64,000 nucleotides of DNA from Alphaproteobacteria bacterium. GTDB taxonomy: Bacteria > Pseudomonadota > Alphaproteobacteria > MPNO01 > UBA830. Shown piece after piece: positions 11,130 through 22,060 of the stretch. How positions within the stretch are numbered: the first letter of the stretch is position 1; every line of letters begins with the position of its first letter. The notes under the pieces are model-generated. The model had not been told where the DNA came from. It made no database searches and saw only the letters and a list, made by a program, of their open reading frames with translations. Where the stretch lies: NCBI GenBank assembly GCA_964291215.2, contig OZ219790.1, positions 512,001-576,000 of the forward strand, read 5' to 3'. Position numbers and translations under genes: made by a program.

Positions 11130-12451
11130 TGTCCCGCTCCTTCAGCCGCCATGTAGTCCCTCCACGCATGCATCATGTGCCGCATGGGCATCTCGCTCAT
11201 GCTCTTCGGGGCCGAGCGGCGGACATCACCCTCGACCAGGTCCTGACCGGCATTGCGGTGAAAGCTCACCCAGTCGCCACCCTCGGACGCGAGCCCGTGC
11301 TGACACTTCCACCAGTTGAACAGGTCATCAGCATTGACCAGCGTCGACGGCGAGTTGACGAGGTAGTAGTAGGCCAGTGAGCGTCGGTAGATGGCCTCGG
11401 GGGCATCCTTGAGACGGAAATGCCAGATTTCGGTTAGCGTCTTGTCAGGGCCGAGCGGACGCACCGCCCGCAACTGCTGGAGCATCGGCTGGATCGAGAG
11501 GCACGGATAAATCAACACATGGTGGAGGTTGATGCCAAGTATCTCCTCGGCCCGCTCCTCGCCATAGGCATTGTACATGCGGGCGACATACTCGTTGGTG
11601 TCGGGATCATCGGGACGCAGCCCCATATATCCTTCGAGCGTGCAGTGGCCCCGCGAGTAACCGACGGTGCCAAACTTGTCCCAGCCATCGACGCCGAGAC
11701 GCGCGAAATCGGAAAGAAAGGAGTACTCGATCGGCACTTCACGGCCATCCTGGCGGCGTTCGTTCTCAATCGATCTGGCCGCGACGCCGGCAGACTCGTG
11801 GGTCGCACCGGGGTGGGACGCATCGAGCTGGTTCTCGAGGAATATCTTCCAGTTCGATTTCTGGATCATGTGAAAACACCCGCCAACGACTCCGGTTTCG
11901 CCGCCGGGTGCGCGATCGATCAACTGGTCGATCGCCGTCTTCGCACCGCCCAGATGAGTTTCGAGATCCGGGACATCGCCGCCGATGGCGGCGAACCAGA
12001 AGCCACGATAACTGTCGACATGGAGCGGCTTGCGGACATGGAACTCCGGATTGTCGAGTCCGAAACCGGTACCGTCATAGCCGTTGACAGCTGGCACGCT
12101 TTCGAGGCGGCCGTCGAGGTGGAACATCCATGCATGATAGGAACACCGGATGGCGTTTCCCGCATTTCCCTTGCGCGCCGTACAGAGCTGAGCGCCACGA
12201 TGGGGGCAGCGGTTGTAAAGCACATGCACCTTGCCGTCGGAATCCCGGGTCATGATCAGCGGCTGGCGGCCAACCTGCGCGAGATAATAGTCTCCCGGAT
12301 CGGGGATCTGGCTCTCATGGCCAACATAGATCCAGGTGCGTTCGAAAATACGTTCCATCTCGAGATCGAAGATCTCCGGATCCGTATAGGCCTTGCGGTG
12401 CGCCCGATCAGGCTGCACCAGTGCCGCGATTTCTCGATCAGACCAAGTCAT
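11126..12451 (-). CDS. Rieske ring-hydroxylating oxygenase alpha subunit
   Basis: Rieske CPHRG-x-CSYHAW and mononuclear Fe motif NWK..ENQLDASH...TH. Start chosen by GAGGA RBS. Confidence 0.93.
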   Translation of the reverse strand: MTWSDREIAALVQPDRAHRKAYTDPEIFDLEMERIFERTWIYVGHESQIPDPGDYYLAQVGRQPLIMTRDSDGKVHVLYNRCPHRGAQLCTARKGNAGNAIRCSYHAWMFHLDGRLESVPAVNGYDGTGFGLDNPEFHVRKPLHVDSYRGFWFAAIGGDVPDLETHLGGAKTAIDQLIDRAPGGETGVVGGCFHMIQKSNWKIFLENQLDASHPGATHESAGVAARSIENERRQDGREVPIEYSFLSDFARLGVDGWDKFGTVGYSRGHCTLEGYMGLRPDDPDTNEYVARMYNAYGEERAEEILGINLHHVLIYPCLSIQPMLQQLRAVRPLGPDKTLTEIWHFRLKDAPEAIYRRSLAYYYLVNSPSTLVNADDLFNWWKCQHGLASEGGDWVSFHRNAGQDLVEGDVRRSAPKSMSEMPMRHMMHAWRDYMAAEGAGQ

Positions 12452-12674
12452 GCTGTCCTCCGGTTCCTTTGCTGTCGGTCTGCTCAACATATGCCATGAT
12501 CCAGGATTGCCGTCCACGGCCCCTGACAGGAATAGAGCCGATGGATGATACCGCCCTCGCCGGTGCCGTCGAGATGATACCTTGCCGCTATTGTTGCGGC
12601 ACCCCGGTTATCGCCATCGACCCTTGAAAGCTCCGCACAGCCGACCGGGCCGGTGGTAATTCCTGCCTGCCGGG

Positions 12675-14411
12675 TCAGTTATGGGGACGTTTCGCCGCCG
12701 CCATCGCCCGGGCAAAGGGATCCCGAAGACCGATGGTCCGGTTGAAGACAGGCATCTCCGATCGCGATTCGCGATCGCAGCAGAAATATCCCAGGCGCTC
12801 GAACTGCACGACTTCGCCGCCTCCGAGATCGGCGAGCACCGGTTCCAGCTTGCACCCGGCAAGGATTTCCAAGGATCGGGGATTGAATTCCGTCAAAGGC
12901 GCACCGGTTTCGCCGGACTTGACGAACAGCGGCTCGTAAAGCCGCACCTCGGCATCCACTGCATGGGGTGCCGAGACCCAATGCAACGCGCCGCGCACCT
13001 TGCGCCCGTCCGGCGCGTTGCCACCGCGCGTCTCCGGGTCGTAGACGCAGCGCAATTCCCGCACCTCGCCGTCAGCGCCCCTGATCACGTCCACGCAGGT
13101 CACGAGATAGGCGCCGCGCAGCCTGACCTCGCGTCCGGGAGCCAATCGGAAGAACTTTCTCGGCGGATCCTCCATGAAATCAGCCCGCTCGACGAAGATC
13201 TCGCGGGAGAACGGTACGCGCCGCACGCCGGCCTCCGGATTGCGCGGGTCATTGGCAATCTCGAGCTCCTCGCCCGCATCCTCGGGATAGTTCTCGATCA
13301 CCACCCTCAGCGGCCGCAGCACCCCCATGCGGCGGGGCGCGGTTTCGTTCAGGACCTCGCGCACGCAGTGGTCCAGCATGGCAGATTCGACGACGCCGTC
13401 ACTGCGCGATACGGCCAGGCGCGAGACGAAGTCGCGAATCGCCGCAGGCGGCACACCACGTCGCCGAAGGCCCGAGAGGGTCGGCATCCGGGGATCATCC
13501 CAACCAGCGACATGCCCGTCAGCGACAAGCGCGCCGAGGCGGCGCTTCGACAGCACGGTGCTGCTCATTTCCAGCCGGGCGAATTCGTACTGGCGCGGCA
13601 TCATGGGCACCGGCAGATGCGCAATAAGCCAGTCATAGAGCGGCCGGTGATCGGCGAATTCGAGCGTGCACAGGGAATGGGTAACGCCTTCGATAGCGTC
13701 GGTCTGGCCATGCGCAAAGTCATAGGTCGGATAGATGCACCAGCAGTCGCCGGTGCGTGGGTGCCGCGCATGGAGGATGCGATAGAGCACGGGATCGCGA
13801 AGGTTGATGTTTCCGGACCCCATGTCGATGCGCGCGCGCAGAACCCGCGCGCCGTCCGGAAACTCGCCCTCGCGCATGCGGCGAAACAGGTCGAGACTCT
13901 CCTCGGCATCGCGCCCGCGCCAGGGACTTTCCGTACCGGGTTCCGTCAGGGTGCCGCGCGTTGCACGGATCTCGTCAGCGGACTGATCGTCAACATAGGC
14001 GTTGCCACTGCGGATCAGATGCTCGGCCCACCGGTAGAGTTGCTCGAAATTGTCCGAGGCGTAGCGTGGCTCGCCGTCCCATTCGAATCCGAGCCAGCGC
14101 ACGTCCGCGACTATGGCATCGATATATTCCTGGCTCTCGCGCAGCGGATTCGTGTCGTCGAAACGGAGGTTGCAGCGGCCGCCGAACTCCGCCGCCACCC
14201 CGAAATTGATGCAGATCGACTTGGCATGACCGATGTGGAGATAGCCGTTGGGTTCGGGCGGAAACCGAGTGACGACAGTGGAATGGCTGCTCGCCGCCAG
14301 ATCTTCGCGGATACGATCGCGTATGAAGTCGCGGGCCTGTTCCATCCCGGCAATGTCGGTCATCTTGTGTTTTCCGCCGTTGTCCGGGAGAGCCTCGGTC
14401 TTCGCGGCCAC
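12675..14411 (-). CDS. glnS: Glutamine--tRNA ligase
   Basis: [44 protein letters not shown] and QFERLGYF. Start may be 14363. Confidence 0.96.
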   Translation of the reverse strand: MAAKTEALPDNGGKHKMTDIAGMEQARDFIRDRIREDLAASSHSTVVTRFPPEPNGYLHIGHAKSICINFGVAAEFGGRCNLRFDDTNPLRESQEYIDAIVADVRWLGFEWDGEPRYASDNFEQLYRWAEHLIRSGNAYVDDQSADEIRATRGTLTEPGTESPWRGRDAEESLDLFRRMREGEFPDGARVLRARIDMGSGNINLRDPVLYRILHARHPRTGDCWCIYPTYDFAHGQTDAIEGVTHSLCTLEFADHRPLYDWLIAHLPVPMMPRQYEFARLEMSSTVLSKRRLGALVADGHVAGWDDPRMPTLSGLRRRGVPPAAIRDFVSRLAVSRSDGVVESAMLDHCVREVLNETAPRRMGVLRPLRVVIENYPEDAGEELEIANDPRNPEAGVRRVPFSREIFVERADFMEDPPRKFFRLAPGREVRLRGAYLVTCVDVIRGADGEVRELRCVYDPETRGGNAPDGRKVRGALHWVSAPHAVDAEVRLYEPLFVKSGETGAPLTEFNPRSLEILAGCKLEPVLADLGGGEVVQFERLGYFCCDRESRSEMPVFNRTIGLRDPFARAMAAAKRPHN

Positions 14412-14452
14412 GCCATGCCCGGAATGCAGCCGCTAGCGGCGCCTCCAGATCT

Positions 14453-15148
14453 TCAAAGCGACAACCTGGACACACCGCCGTTATCGGCCGACCAGCCGAG
14501 CGGGTTCTCGAGGAATTTCTGGACCTCGTCGAGCATGTCTGCGGCAAAGTTCGCGTTCTGCTTGCTAACATCGAGAACATCCCACCACGTCGCGAGATAA
14601 TGGAGCCTGAGGTCGTGCTCAATCAGTTTTTCCCGGGTTTCGGGAAAGATGTCATAGTAAAAGATCACCAGCGTGTCGCTGACCACCGCGCCGGCCCGGC
14701 GCAATGCCTCACAGAAATTGATCTTGCTGCCACCGTCGGTCGTGAGATCCTCGACGAGGAGGACGCGCTGGCCTTCCTCGAGGTCACCTTCGATCTGAGC
14801 ATCGCGACCGAACCCCTTGGGTTTCTTGCGGACATACTGCATGGGAAGGCTCAGCCTGTCGGCCAGGAACGCGGCGAACGGAATGCCGGCGGTCTCTCCG
14901 CCGGCTACGGCATCGAACTTCTCGAATCCGATGTCGCGCAGCACGATCGAGGCGGCGAAATCCATCAGCGTCCCGCGAATCCGCGGGTAGGAAATCAGCT
15001 TCCGGCAGTCGATGTAGACCGGGCTCGCGAGTCCCGACGTGAACATGTAGGGCTGATCCTTGCGGAAGCGCACCGCATCGATTTCCAGCAACATCTTCGC
15101 CGTCATCTCCGCGATCAGCCTGCGGTCGGGAAAGGCGTTCGAGAACAT
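14453..15148 (-). CDS. pyrE: Orotate phosphoribosyltransferase
   Basis: [24 protein letters not shown] and PRPP motif [12 protein letters not shown]. Confidence 0.95.
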   Translation of the reverse strand: MFSNAFPDRRLIAEMTAKMLLEIDAVRFRKDQPYMFTSGLASPVYIDCRKLISYPRIRGTLMDFAASIVLRDIGFEKFDAVAGGETAGIPFAAFLADRLSLPMQYVRKKPKGFGRDAQIEGDLEEGQRVLLVEDLTTDGGSKINFCEALRRAGAVVSDTLVIFYYDIFPETREKLIEHDLRLHYLATWWDVLDVSKQNANFAADMLDEVQKFLENPLGWSADNGGVSRLSL

Positions 15149-15360
15149 CGCGGCTACCCCTGAAACCCGAACCTGCCGGCGAAGGTCGGCCCGAAAGCGG
15201 ATTCGTCTGCATCCATGAGCGACGGGCGTCCGGCCGATCGCGGGTACGATGCGAGGCGGCCCGCTGCCGCCTCCAAGGCAACTTATCCGCAGCTGTCGGA
15301 CCGGTCAATGCCGACGCAGGCCTTCCGGAACCGGAGCAAAATCGCCGCCGGCGAAATCGC

Positions 15361-16632
15361 TCAGCGACAACCCTGCACGAAGCGCCTCAGGACTGCATAC
15401 CCGGCCATGAAGTCGTCAAGAGCCATAGCTTCGCGCGGATTGTGCGAACCGTGCTCGTTGCGCACGAAGATCATGCCGGTGGGTACGCCTGCATTCGAGA
15501 ATATGGAGGCGTCGTGACCGGCGCCGCTAGCCACCGCCTCGTCCTCGAAACCCACGTCGCGGCAGGCTGCCCGCAGGCCGTCGACGACGACGCTGTCGCA
15601 ACGGGCCGGAGCGGAGCGGATGGCAGGATCGAACGAAAAGCTGACCTTGCGCGCCTGCTCGAGCGCCTCGCACTCGCTGCGAAGAAGCGAAGCCATCGCG
15701 TCGAGCGTAGCATCGGAATCGCTCCGGGCCTCGAAGCTGAACTCCGCCTCACCGGGCACCCGAGACATGGCGTCATGTTCGGCGTCGGTGTGGAGCACGC
15801 CGACGGTCACGACGAGGTCACCGCCGTGCTGCTGGATCGTCTGCCAGTGCTCATCGAGACGCATGATGAGGTCGGAGACCGCAAAGACAGCGTCGCGTCG
15901 CAGCCAGCGCGGCACCGTCCCCGAGTGGCCGCTTTCGCCGGTGCAGCGAATGCGGCGGTGGCGGACGTTGCCGCGGATGCCGGTGACCACGGCTAGCGGA
16001 AGGCCGCGCTCGACCAGCACCGGTCCCTGCTCGATGTGGACCTCGAGAAACATCCGCACCCTAGCGAAGTCGAGAAGCGGTTCCCGGCGCCGGATCGCTG
16101 CCGTGTCGGCGCCGACTGCCTTCATGCAGGCTTCGAGGGACCGTCCCGTGCTCCGATGGGGCGCCTTGAGGTCTTCGGGTCCGAGGTCTCCGGCGAGCGC
16201 CCGGGAACCGACGCAGGCGCGTCCAAACCATGCGCTTTCCTCGCCCCTCAGCGCGATGACGCGAACCGGAAGATGCGGATCGAGGCCGTTCTTCCTGCAA
16301 TCCACAAGGAGCAGAAGGCCTGCGATCACGCCGGCCAGCCCGTCATAGTTGCCGCCGTGGGGCACCGAATCCATGTGCGAACCGACGAGAACGTAGGAAC
16401 CGGGGTCTTCGGTCCCCAGATCGAAGATGGCGTTGGCCGCCCGGTCAGATCGGCAGGACAGGCCGTGTTCGGCAGCGAACGCTTCGAGCACCCCCATGGC
16501 GTCGGTCTCGCCGTCGCCATAGGACGGCCGGGACACTCCTACCCCATCCGCCGAGACCGCCGCGATCTGGTCGAAGAGTTCGGCAGCCATGGTCTCGAGG
16601 GCGGCCATCGTCACCGGAACGTTGCCGGCCAT
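15361..16632 (-). CDS. M20 N-carbamoyl-amino-acid amidohydrolase (carbamoylase family)
   Basis: GSHMDSVP.GGNYDG, EES, EVHIEQGP, SGAGHDA and SHNP.E. Confidence 0.9.
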   Translation of the reverse strand: MAGNVPVTMAALETMAAELFDQIAAVSADGVGVSRPSYGDGETDAMGVLEAFAAEHGLSCRSDRAANAIFDLGTEDPGSYVLVGSHMDSVPHGGNYDGLAGVIAGLLLLVDCRKNGLDPHLPVRVIALRGEESAWFGRACVGSRALAGDLGPEDLKAPHRSTGRSLEACMKAVGADTAAIRRREPLLDFARVRMFLEVHIEQGPVLVERGLPLAVVTGIRGNVRHRRIRCTGESGHSGTVPRWLRRDAVFAVSDLIMRLDEHWQTIQQHGGDLVVTVGVLHTDAEHDAMSRVPGEAEFSFEARSDSDATLDAMASLLRSECEALEQARKVSFSFDPAIRSAPARCDSVVVDGLRAACRDVGFEDEAVASGAGHDASIFSNAGVPTGMIFVRNEHGSHNPREAMALDDFMAGYAVLRRFVQGCR

Positions 16633-16663
16633 GTCCGTCCGATCCGGTTGCCGTAATGGCCGG

Positions 16664-17632
16664 TCACGGCGCAGTCTCCATGAACACGAGATCTTCCGCC
16701 GCCTCGTCGTCGCGCACCGATCCGATCAACTGCCTGACGTCACGAACTCCTTCGCCGGCGCACCATGCAGCCAGGTCGTCAATGAGTTCCATCATCGCGG
16801 TCGGGCGGATAAAGGTCGCGGTGCCCACCTGGACCGCGGTCGCGCCGGCAATCATGTATTCGGCCACATCCTCGACGGTCGTAATGCCGCCGCAGCCGAT
16901 TACCGGAATTCCGGTCGCCCGAGCGCACTGATAAGCCATGCGGAGCGTGATCGACTTGAGCGCAGGCCCCGAGAGGCCTCCCATCAGGCTGCCGAGCTTC
17001 GGCTTTCGCGTGCGCACGTCGATGGCCATCGCAAGCGCGGTGTTCGCTACGACCAGGGCATCGGCGCCAGCGGCTTCGGCGGCGCGCGCAACCTCGGGCG
17101 TCTCTCCGGTGTTGGGGCTGAGCTTCGCCCACAGCGGAAGGTCCGTGGCCGCGCGCATCGCCGCCATCACGTCGAGGGTAGAGGCGGGTCGCATTGCAAA
17201 AGCGCGGCCGTCCTCCTCGATATTCGGACATGAAATGTTGGCCTCTATCGCAGCCACGCCGGGAACGCTCAGGTCCTCGCAGATGCGCGCGAACCCGTCC
17301 ACGGTGCCGGCGGAGACGCTGACCACGAGGGGAGCTTCGTAGCGCGCATAGAAAGGCAGGATTTGGTCCCTGAAATATGCAACGCCCTTGGTTGGAAGAC
17401 CGATGGAATTCAGCATCGAGCCCTGGACCTCGCAGACCCGCGGCGTCGGATTGCCACCGCGAAACCCCGGCATCACTGTCTTGGTCACGTGGGCGCCGAG
17501 TATCTCGAGATCGAACACCCGGGCGAGATCCTCGGAAAAGGTGCCGGACGCGGGCATGACCGGATTCCTGAGCACAAGCGATCCCACAGCGACCTCGAGG
17601 CTCACCTCCTGCGGCCGCGTCGGGGTTACCAT
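16664..17632 (-). CDS. pyrD: Dihydroorotate dehydrogenase family 1B catalytic subunit
   Basis: NPVMPASGTF, GNPTPR, MLNSIGL, EANISCPN, KLSPN and GGLSGPA. Confidence 0.9.
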   Translation of the reverse strand: MVTPTRPQEVSLEVAVGSLVLRNPVMPASGTFSEDLARVFDLEILGAHVTKTVMPGFRGGNPTPRVCEVQGSMLNSIGLPTKGVAYFRDQILPFYARYEAPLVVSVSAGTVDGFARICEDLSVPGVAAIEANISCPNIEEDGRAFAMRPASTLDVMAAMRAATDLPLWAKLSPNTGETPEVARAAEAAGADALVVANTALAMAIDVRTRKPKLGSLMGGLSGPALKSITLRMAYQCARATGIPVIGCGGITTVEDVAEYMIAGATAVQVGTATFIRPTAMMELIDDLAAWCAGEGVRDVRQLIGSVRDDEAAEDLVFMETAP

Positions 17633-18477
17633 CCGAGCGCCTCCTGCATGTCGAATACCGGGCCTTCCCTGCAGACCCGCCTGTGAACAACCCGATCGCC
17701 GATACGGAACGGGCGCACACAGCACTGGCACATGCCGAGGCCACAGGCCATCTGCTGTTCGAGCGCGACCTGGCCTGGAACCCCGTAGGCCTTTCCGATG
17801 GCCTGAAGCAGCTCGAGGATCCGGTTCGAGCCACAGGTGTAGAACGCATCCACGCCGCGGCTGCCGGGACGGCTTTCGACCAACCCTTCGACCAGGCGCC
17901 AGAGATTGTCCATGTCCGACGTGCCCTCGGAATCGGTGATGGTCACGACCTCGGCTCCGAGCTCCGCCAAATAATCCGTCGACATCAGGAGGTCCGGCGT
18001 CCGGGCGCTGCAGATGGCGGTGAGCGAACGGCCCAGCCTCCGCGCCTCTTGCGCCAGCGGAGCGAGCGTGGCGAGGCCGACGCCGCGCGCGACCAGAACC
18101 AGACGGTTCCAGTTGTGGCGGATGTCGAAGCCGCGGCCGAGCGGCCCGAGCAACGCTACCGTCTCACCGGGCACTAGCGTGGCCAGCGCCGCCGTGCCGG
18201 TTCCTGTCACCTTGTAGAGAAAACGGAGTTCGCCAGCGTCAAGGTTGTAGCCGTAGATGCTCATCGGGCGGCGCAGATAGGGTCCGGCGGCATCGCGCAC
18301 GGGACACCGGATATGAAAAAACTGGCCGGCGCGGCAACCGAGGCTCCCTGCCGGAGCCTCGACAACCAGCAGGCGGTACTCTCCGGTCACCGGCCGGTTG
18401 GAGGTCACGACGCCGTCGGCCTCGAACGCCCGGTCCATGTCTCCCGGCGCTTCGGATCGTGCGGCAGACATGATCAT
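17626..18477 (-). CDS. pyrK: Dihydroorotate dehydrogenase electron-transfer subunit
   Basis: LRRPMS, GPLG.GF and [2Fe-2S] motif MACGLGMCQCC...VCREGPVF. Confidence 0.92.
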   Translation of the reverse strand: MIMSAARSEAPGDMDRAFEADGVVTSNRPVTGEYRLLVVEAPAGSLGCRAGQFFHIRCPVRDAAGPYLRRPMSIYGYNLDAGELRFLYKVTGTGTAALATLVPGETVALLGPLGRGFDIRHNWNRLVLVARGVGLATLAPLAQEARRLGRSLTAICSARTPDLLMSTDYLAELGAEVVTITDSEGTSDMDNLWRLVEGLVESRPGSRGVDAFYTCGSNRILELLQAIGKAYGVPGQVALEQQMACGLGMCQCCVRPFRIGDRVVHRRVCREGPVFDMQEALGW

Positions 18478-18601
18478 GGCTTTCTCCCTATGCCGCCCGC
18501 ATCCGTCGGCAGCCCTCCGCCAGCCCCTCTCAAGCCGACAAGTACCGGCCAGCCTGCGACGGGGCGATTGCCGCAGATAGAACCTTCATCCACTCTCCTT
18601 G

Positions 18602-18649
18602 TCAAGAAATTTCTTGAAATAGAGACAAAAAAGAATATCATATATTTTT
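18602..18649. promoter_or_regulatory. Palindromic operator candidates between the divergent pyrK and XRE genes
   Basis: Perfect 16-bp palindrome TCAAGAAATTTCTTGA (18602-18617), plus an AT-rich quasi-palindrome AAAAAAGAATATCATATATTTTTT. Confidence 0.55.
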
Positions 18650-18695
18650 TGCGACAAGACACGATCCAGGTGGACGGGATGCTGGAGGGCGATAC

Positions 18696-19610
18696 GTGAC
18701 CACCGACAGCTTGATCTCGATGGAAGACATCGGTCGCCGGCTGAAGGCGTTCCGCATCGGCTTGGGCCTGACGCCGGAGGATCTGGCGCGCCAGACCGCC
18801 ATCTCCCGCGCTGCCCTCTACCGTTACGAATCCGGCCATCCGCCGAAGATCGAAGCCCTTGCGAGAATAGCCGACCGTCTCGGTGTCTCGCTGGCAAACC
18901 TCCTCGGCGTCGGCGTGGAGTACTTCTCCTCAGCCGTGGGTTTCTTCGAACGCATGCGCCAGCTCGAGGACGATGTCGACCAGATCCGCGTGCTGTTCGG
19001 ACCGGTGTCCTATCTCCTGACCACTGACGGGTATGACGAGGTTCTTCCGCACATGCTGGCGGAAAGCGTGCCTCCCGACGTTCCCGAACGCACGCGTTCG
19101 CTCCGCGATATCGATACGCTGACCGGGATCCTGCTCGCGCGCAAGGAACGCTACCGACAACGGCGGCCGGCCATCCTCAGCCTGGTCTCGGCAGCGGAGC
19201 TTGCGCAGATCCTGAGACTGGGCCTGGTCGGAACGCACAGCCCACCGGATGCCGATCCGGCGACGCGCCGCGCGGCGGCGCGTGCCGAAGTCTGCAACAT
19301 TGCGAGACTTCTGCGCGAACCACCGATCGGCGTGCAACTCGGCGTGGTCATCGATTCGTCGCCCGGAGCCAGCTTCCAGACATTTCGGAGCGCCTCGGGA
19401 TCGGACGGGATCGGGCGCACACATGTTGCCGTCAGCCCGTTCCGGCTCGGTGTGTATTCCAATGTTCGTCTCGGCGTGGCCACGATCACCGCTTCACCGG
19501 AGGCAGCCTGTCTCTACGACGACATGACCGACGCGCTATGGGCGCGAAGCCTCAAGGGCGACCGAGCCGCAGACTTTGTCGAACAGGAAATCCTGACATT
19601 GCGGGAATAG
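18696..19610 (+). CDS. XRE-family HTH regulator with an uncharacterised C-terminal domain
   Basis: IGRRLKAFR...LARQTAISRAALYRYESG...IADRLGVSLANLL. Divergent from pyrK. Confidence 0.85.
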   Translation: MTTDSLISMEDIGRRLKAFRIGLGLTPEDLARQTAISRAALYRYESGHPPKIEALARIADRLGVSLANLLGVGVEYFSSAVGFFERMRQLEDDVDQIRVLFGPVSYLLTTDGYDEVLPHMLAESVPPDVPERTRSLRDIDTLTGILLARKERYRQRRPAILSLVSAAELAQILRLGLVGTHSPPDADPATRRAAARAEVCNIARLLREPPIGVQLGVVIDSSPGASFQTFRSASGSDGIGRTHVAVSPFRLGVYSNVRLGVATITASPEAACLYDDMTDALWARSLKGDRAADFVEQEILTLRE

Positions 19611-19924
19611 AAGCGGAAGCACTGCGCAACGGCGGGAATGACGCCCCTTTCACCTCGTGAACGAAGCTATCGTACCGGCGTGACCACGTGGAGAATCGGC
19701 TTCGCCCTGCAGGGACCGGGGCTGAAACTCCCCGGGTGTCGTGGCGACCATCAACAAGCTCCCACAGAGCCTTCCAGGTTCTGGCGCGTGCTGCTGCTAT
19801 TCGCTGAAACCCGCACAGCAGGCGCGAGGCTTGCCATCAGTGTCCGTTTCCGATTTGCCCGGATATGCGGCACGAGCGTCGACATGGGGCCTTCATCCAA
19901 ATTGTTGCGCAACCGCTTCTCGAA

Positions 19925-20680
19925 TTATCCGCCCCGGAACTCTGCGTTCGGCAGCACACGCGAGATTTCCGTCCTGACCGCCAGCAGCCTCTCCAGCAGC
20001 GCTTCCCGCTCGCTCCGGAACCGTTGTGAAGGAACCGGAATCGAAATCGCATAGACGGCGCCACGCACCCTGAAGGCGATGCCCGCAGCCGAAATGTCCG
20101 CAGTATGTTCGTCGAGGTCCAGGGCATACCCAGACTTGCGGACGGCCTTGATGTCCGACCTGGTCTCGTTCAGCTTCTTGCGAGTGCCGAGCCTGCGACG
20201 TTCCTCTGCCACGATGCGCCCCACATCGCCGTCGTCGAGCCAGGCCAACGCGGCCTTGCCATTCGCCGTAACGGTCAGGGGGAAGGTCTCGCCGATGGCG
20301 GACACGGTCCGCAACCGCTGCGTACCGACGACCTGATCGACAAAGACCATGCCGTCATTGCGCAGCACCGCCAGATCGACCGTCTCCCCGGTGCCGCGCG
20401 AAAGCGCCTCGATTATCGGACCAAGCGCCCCGACAACATCCTGTCGGGCAGCCTGGGCCAGCGCGAGGATCTCCGGTCCGAGCTGATAGCCGCCGGAGGC
20501 GGCATTTGGCGCAACAAGCCGTTCGGCAACCAGCGCATTGACGATGCGTTGAACGGTCGAGCGCGGAAGGCCCACGCGTCCGGCGATGCGGCCGAGACTC
20601 AGCCCCCGATTGTCCGCCTTGAGCGTACGCAGGATGTCCGCGGCGCGCGAAAGAACCTGGATTCGCCGATTTTCCGTCAT
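19925..20680 (-). CDS. IclR-family transcriptional regulator
   Basis: IQVLSRAADIL...GLPRSTVQRIV, TGETVDL, TANGKA and GYALDLDE. Confidence 0.92.
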   Translation of the reverse strand: MTENRRIQVLSRAADILRTLKADNRGLSLGRIAGRVGLPRSTVQRIVNALVAERLVAPNAASGGYQLGPEILALAQAARQDVVGALGPIIEALSRGTGETVDLAVLRNDGMVFVDQVVGTQRLRTVSAIGETFPLTVTANGKAALAWLDDGDVGRIVAEERRRLGTRKKLNETRSDIKAVRKSGYALDLDEHTADISAAGIAFRVRGAVYAISIPVPSQRFRSEREALLERLLAVRTEISRVLPNAEFRGG

Positions 20681-20821
20681 ATTTCTGCAGGCTCCACCTG
20701 TATGGTGCAGTTCGACATCCGTCATTCGCACGGGGTCCGATCGGCCGGTCACGTCAGCAATGCCGCAGCCGCACACATCGCCCTTGACCATGTGGTAACG
20801 CATCCGTAAATTCGATACAGA

Positions 20822-20840
20822 TGTATCGCAATACGGTACA
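20822..20840. promoter_or_regulatory. Possible IclR operator
   Basis: Imperfect palindrome TGTATCGCAATACGGTACA between the divergent genes. Confidence 0.4.
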
Positions 20841-20867
20841 AAACGCACCTGCCGGGGAGACCGCAGC

Positions 20868-21713
20868 ATGACGATCAACATACGTGGTGCCGACTACCAG
20901 GAAAATCTCGACAACGACATGGGCCTGGAATTCTATGACCTGAGCCATCGCTGGGGGCTTGGTCAGCCATGCTGGCCCTATTTCGAGGACGTGAAGATCG
21001 AGCGCCTGCACAGCATGGCAAAGTCGGGGGTGCTGACGCAGCGCATCACCACCGTAATGCACTCGGGAACCCATATCGACGCGCCCGGCCATGTCGTCGA
21101 AGGCACGGCATTCATGGACGAAGTGCCGCTGCCACACTTCTTCGGCACCGGTGTCGTGGTGTCGATCCCGAAGGACCGCTGGGAAGTGATCACCGCGGAA
21201 GATCTCGAGAACGCGACACCAGCGATTCGCGAGGGCGATATCGTCATCGTCAATACCGGGTGGCACAAGCACTACGGCGACAACCAGACCTACTACGCCT
21301 ACTCCCCGGGTTTCTACAAGGAAGCCGGCGAATGGTTCGCGCGCCGGAAGGTAAAGATGGTCGGCACCGACACCCAGGCCCTTGACCATCCTCTCGGAAC
21401 CGCAATCGCGCCCCACGGTCCGGGTTGGCCCAACGGACTAATGCCGCATGTGGTGCGCCAGTACGAAGAGGAAACCGGCCGCAAGGTCCTCGACGACTTT
21501 CCGGACTGGGAACCGTGCCATCGCGCCATTCTCTCGCAGGGAATCTGCGGCATCGAGAATGTCGGCGGAGAGATCGACAAGGTTACCGGAATGCGCGTCA
21601 CTTTCGCCGCCTTCCCGTGGCGCTGGAAGAAGGGCGACGGCTGCATCGTCCGGCTGGTTGCCATCGTCGACCGCGCGGGCAGCTACCGGATAGAGACCGG
21701 GGAGACATCCTGA
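20868..21713 (+). CDS. Cyclase / kynurenine formamidase-family metal hydrolase
   Basis: HSGTHIDAPGH motif, GDIVIVNTGW and CGIEN. Confidence 0.9.
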   Translation: MTINIRGADYQENLDNDMGLEFYDLSHRWGLGQPCWPYFEDVKIERLHSMAKSGVLTQRITTVMHSGTHIDAPGHVVEGTAFMDEVPLPHFFGTGVVVSIPKDRWEVITAEDLENATPAIREGDIVIVNTGWHKHYGDNQTYYAYSPGFYKEAGEWFARRKVKMVGTDTQALDHPLGTAIAPHGPGWPNGLMPHVVRQYEEETGRKVLDDFPDWEPCHRAILSQGICGIENVGGEIDKVTGMRVTFAAFPWRWKKGDGCIVRLVAIVDRAGSYRIETGETS

Positions 21714-22060
21714 TGCACATCAAACGCTTTGAAGATGCCGAACCCTACGAGTCGCCCAACCACTGGGATGTCGTGGGGCTGCGGCTGCAGGGCTTCGAGG
21801 AAGGCGGGCCGACCAACCAGTGGGTCGGCCTCTCCCAGTTCCTGCCCGGCGGCGGCGCCGGGCCGGACGCTACGCCGTTCGAGAAGGTGTATGTGATGCT
21901 GGACGGCGAGATGACGGTGATCATCGGCAGCCAGGAGACCGTCTTGCGGCGCTACGATTCCTGCACGATCGCACCGGGCGAAGAGCGAAAGATCGAGAAC
22001 CGGTCAAATCACGCCTGCACGATGCTGGTCGTGATCCCGTACCCGGACGGTGCGAAATGA
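21713..22060 (+). CDS. Cupin domain protein
   Basis: MHIKRF...FLPGGGA...EKVYVMLDGEM...DSCTIAPGEER.IEN. TGATG translational coupling. Confidence 0.85.
   Translation: MHIKRFEDAEPYESPNHWDVVGLRLQGFEEGGPTNQWVGLSQFLPGGGAGPDATPFEKVYVMLDGEMTVIIGSQETVLRRYDSCTIAPGEERKIENRSNHACTMLVVIPYPDGAK

Noticed and set aside
12681-14600. Long antisense ORFs (also 29133-30575, 45903-47273, 47351-48901 and others)
   Set aside because: Shadow frames of real genes in high-GC DNA, with no recognisable motifs.
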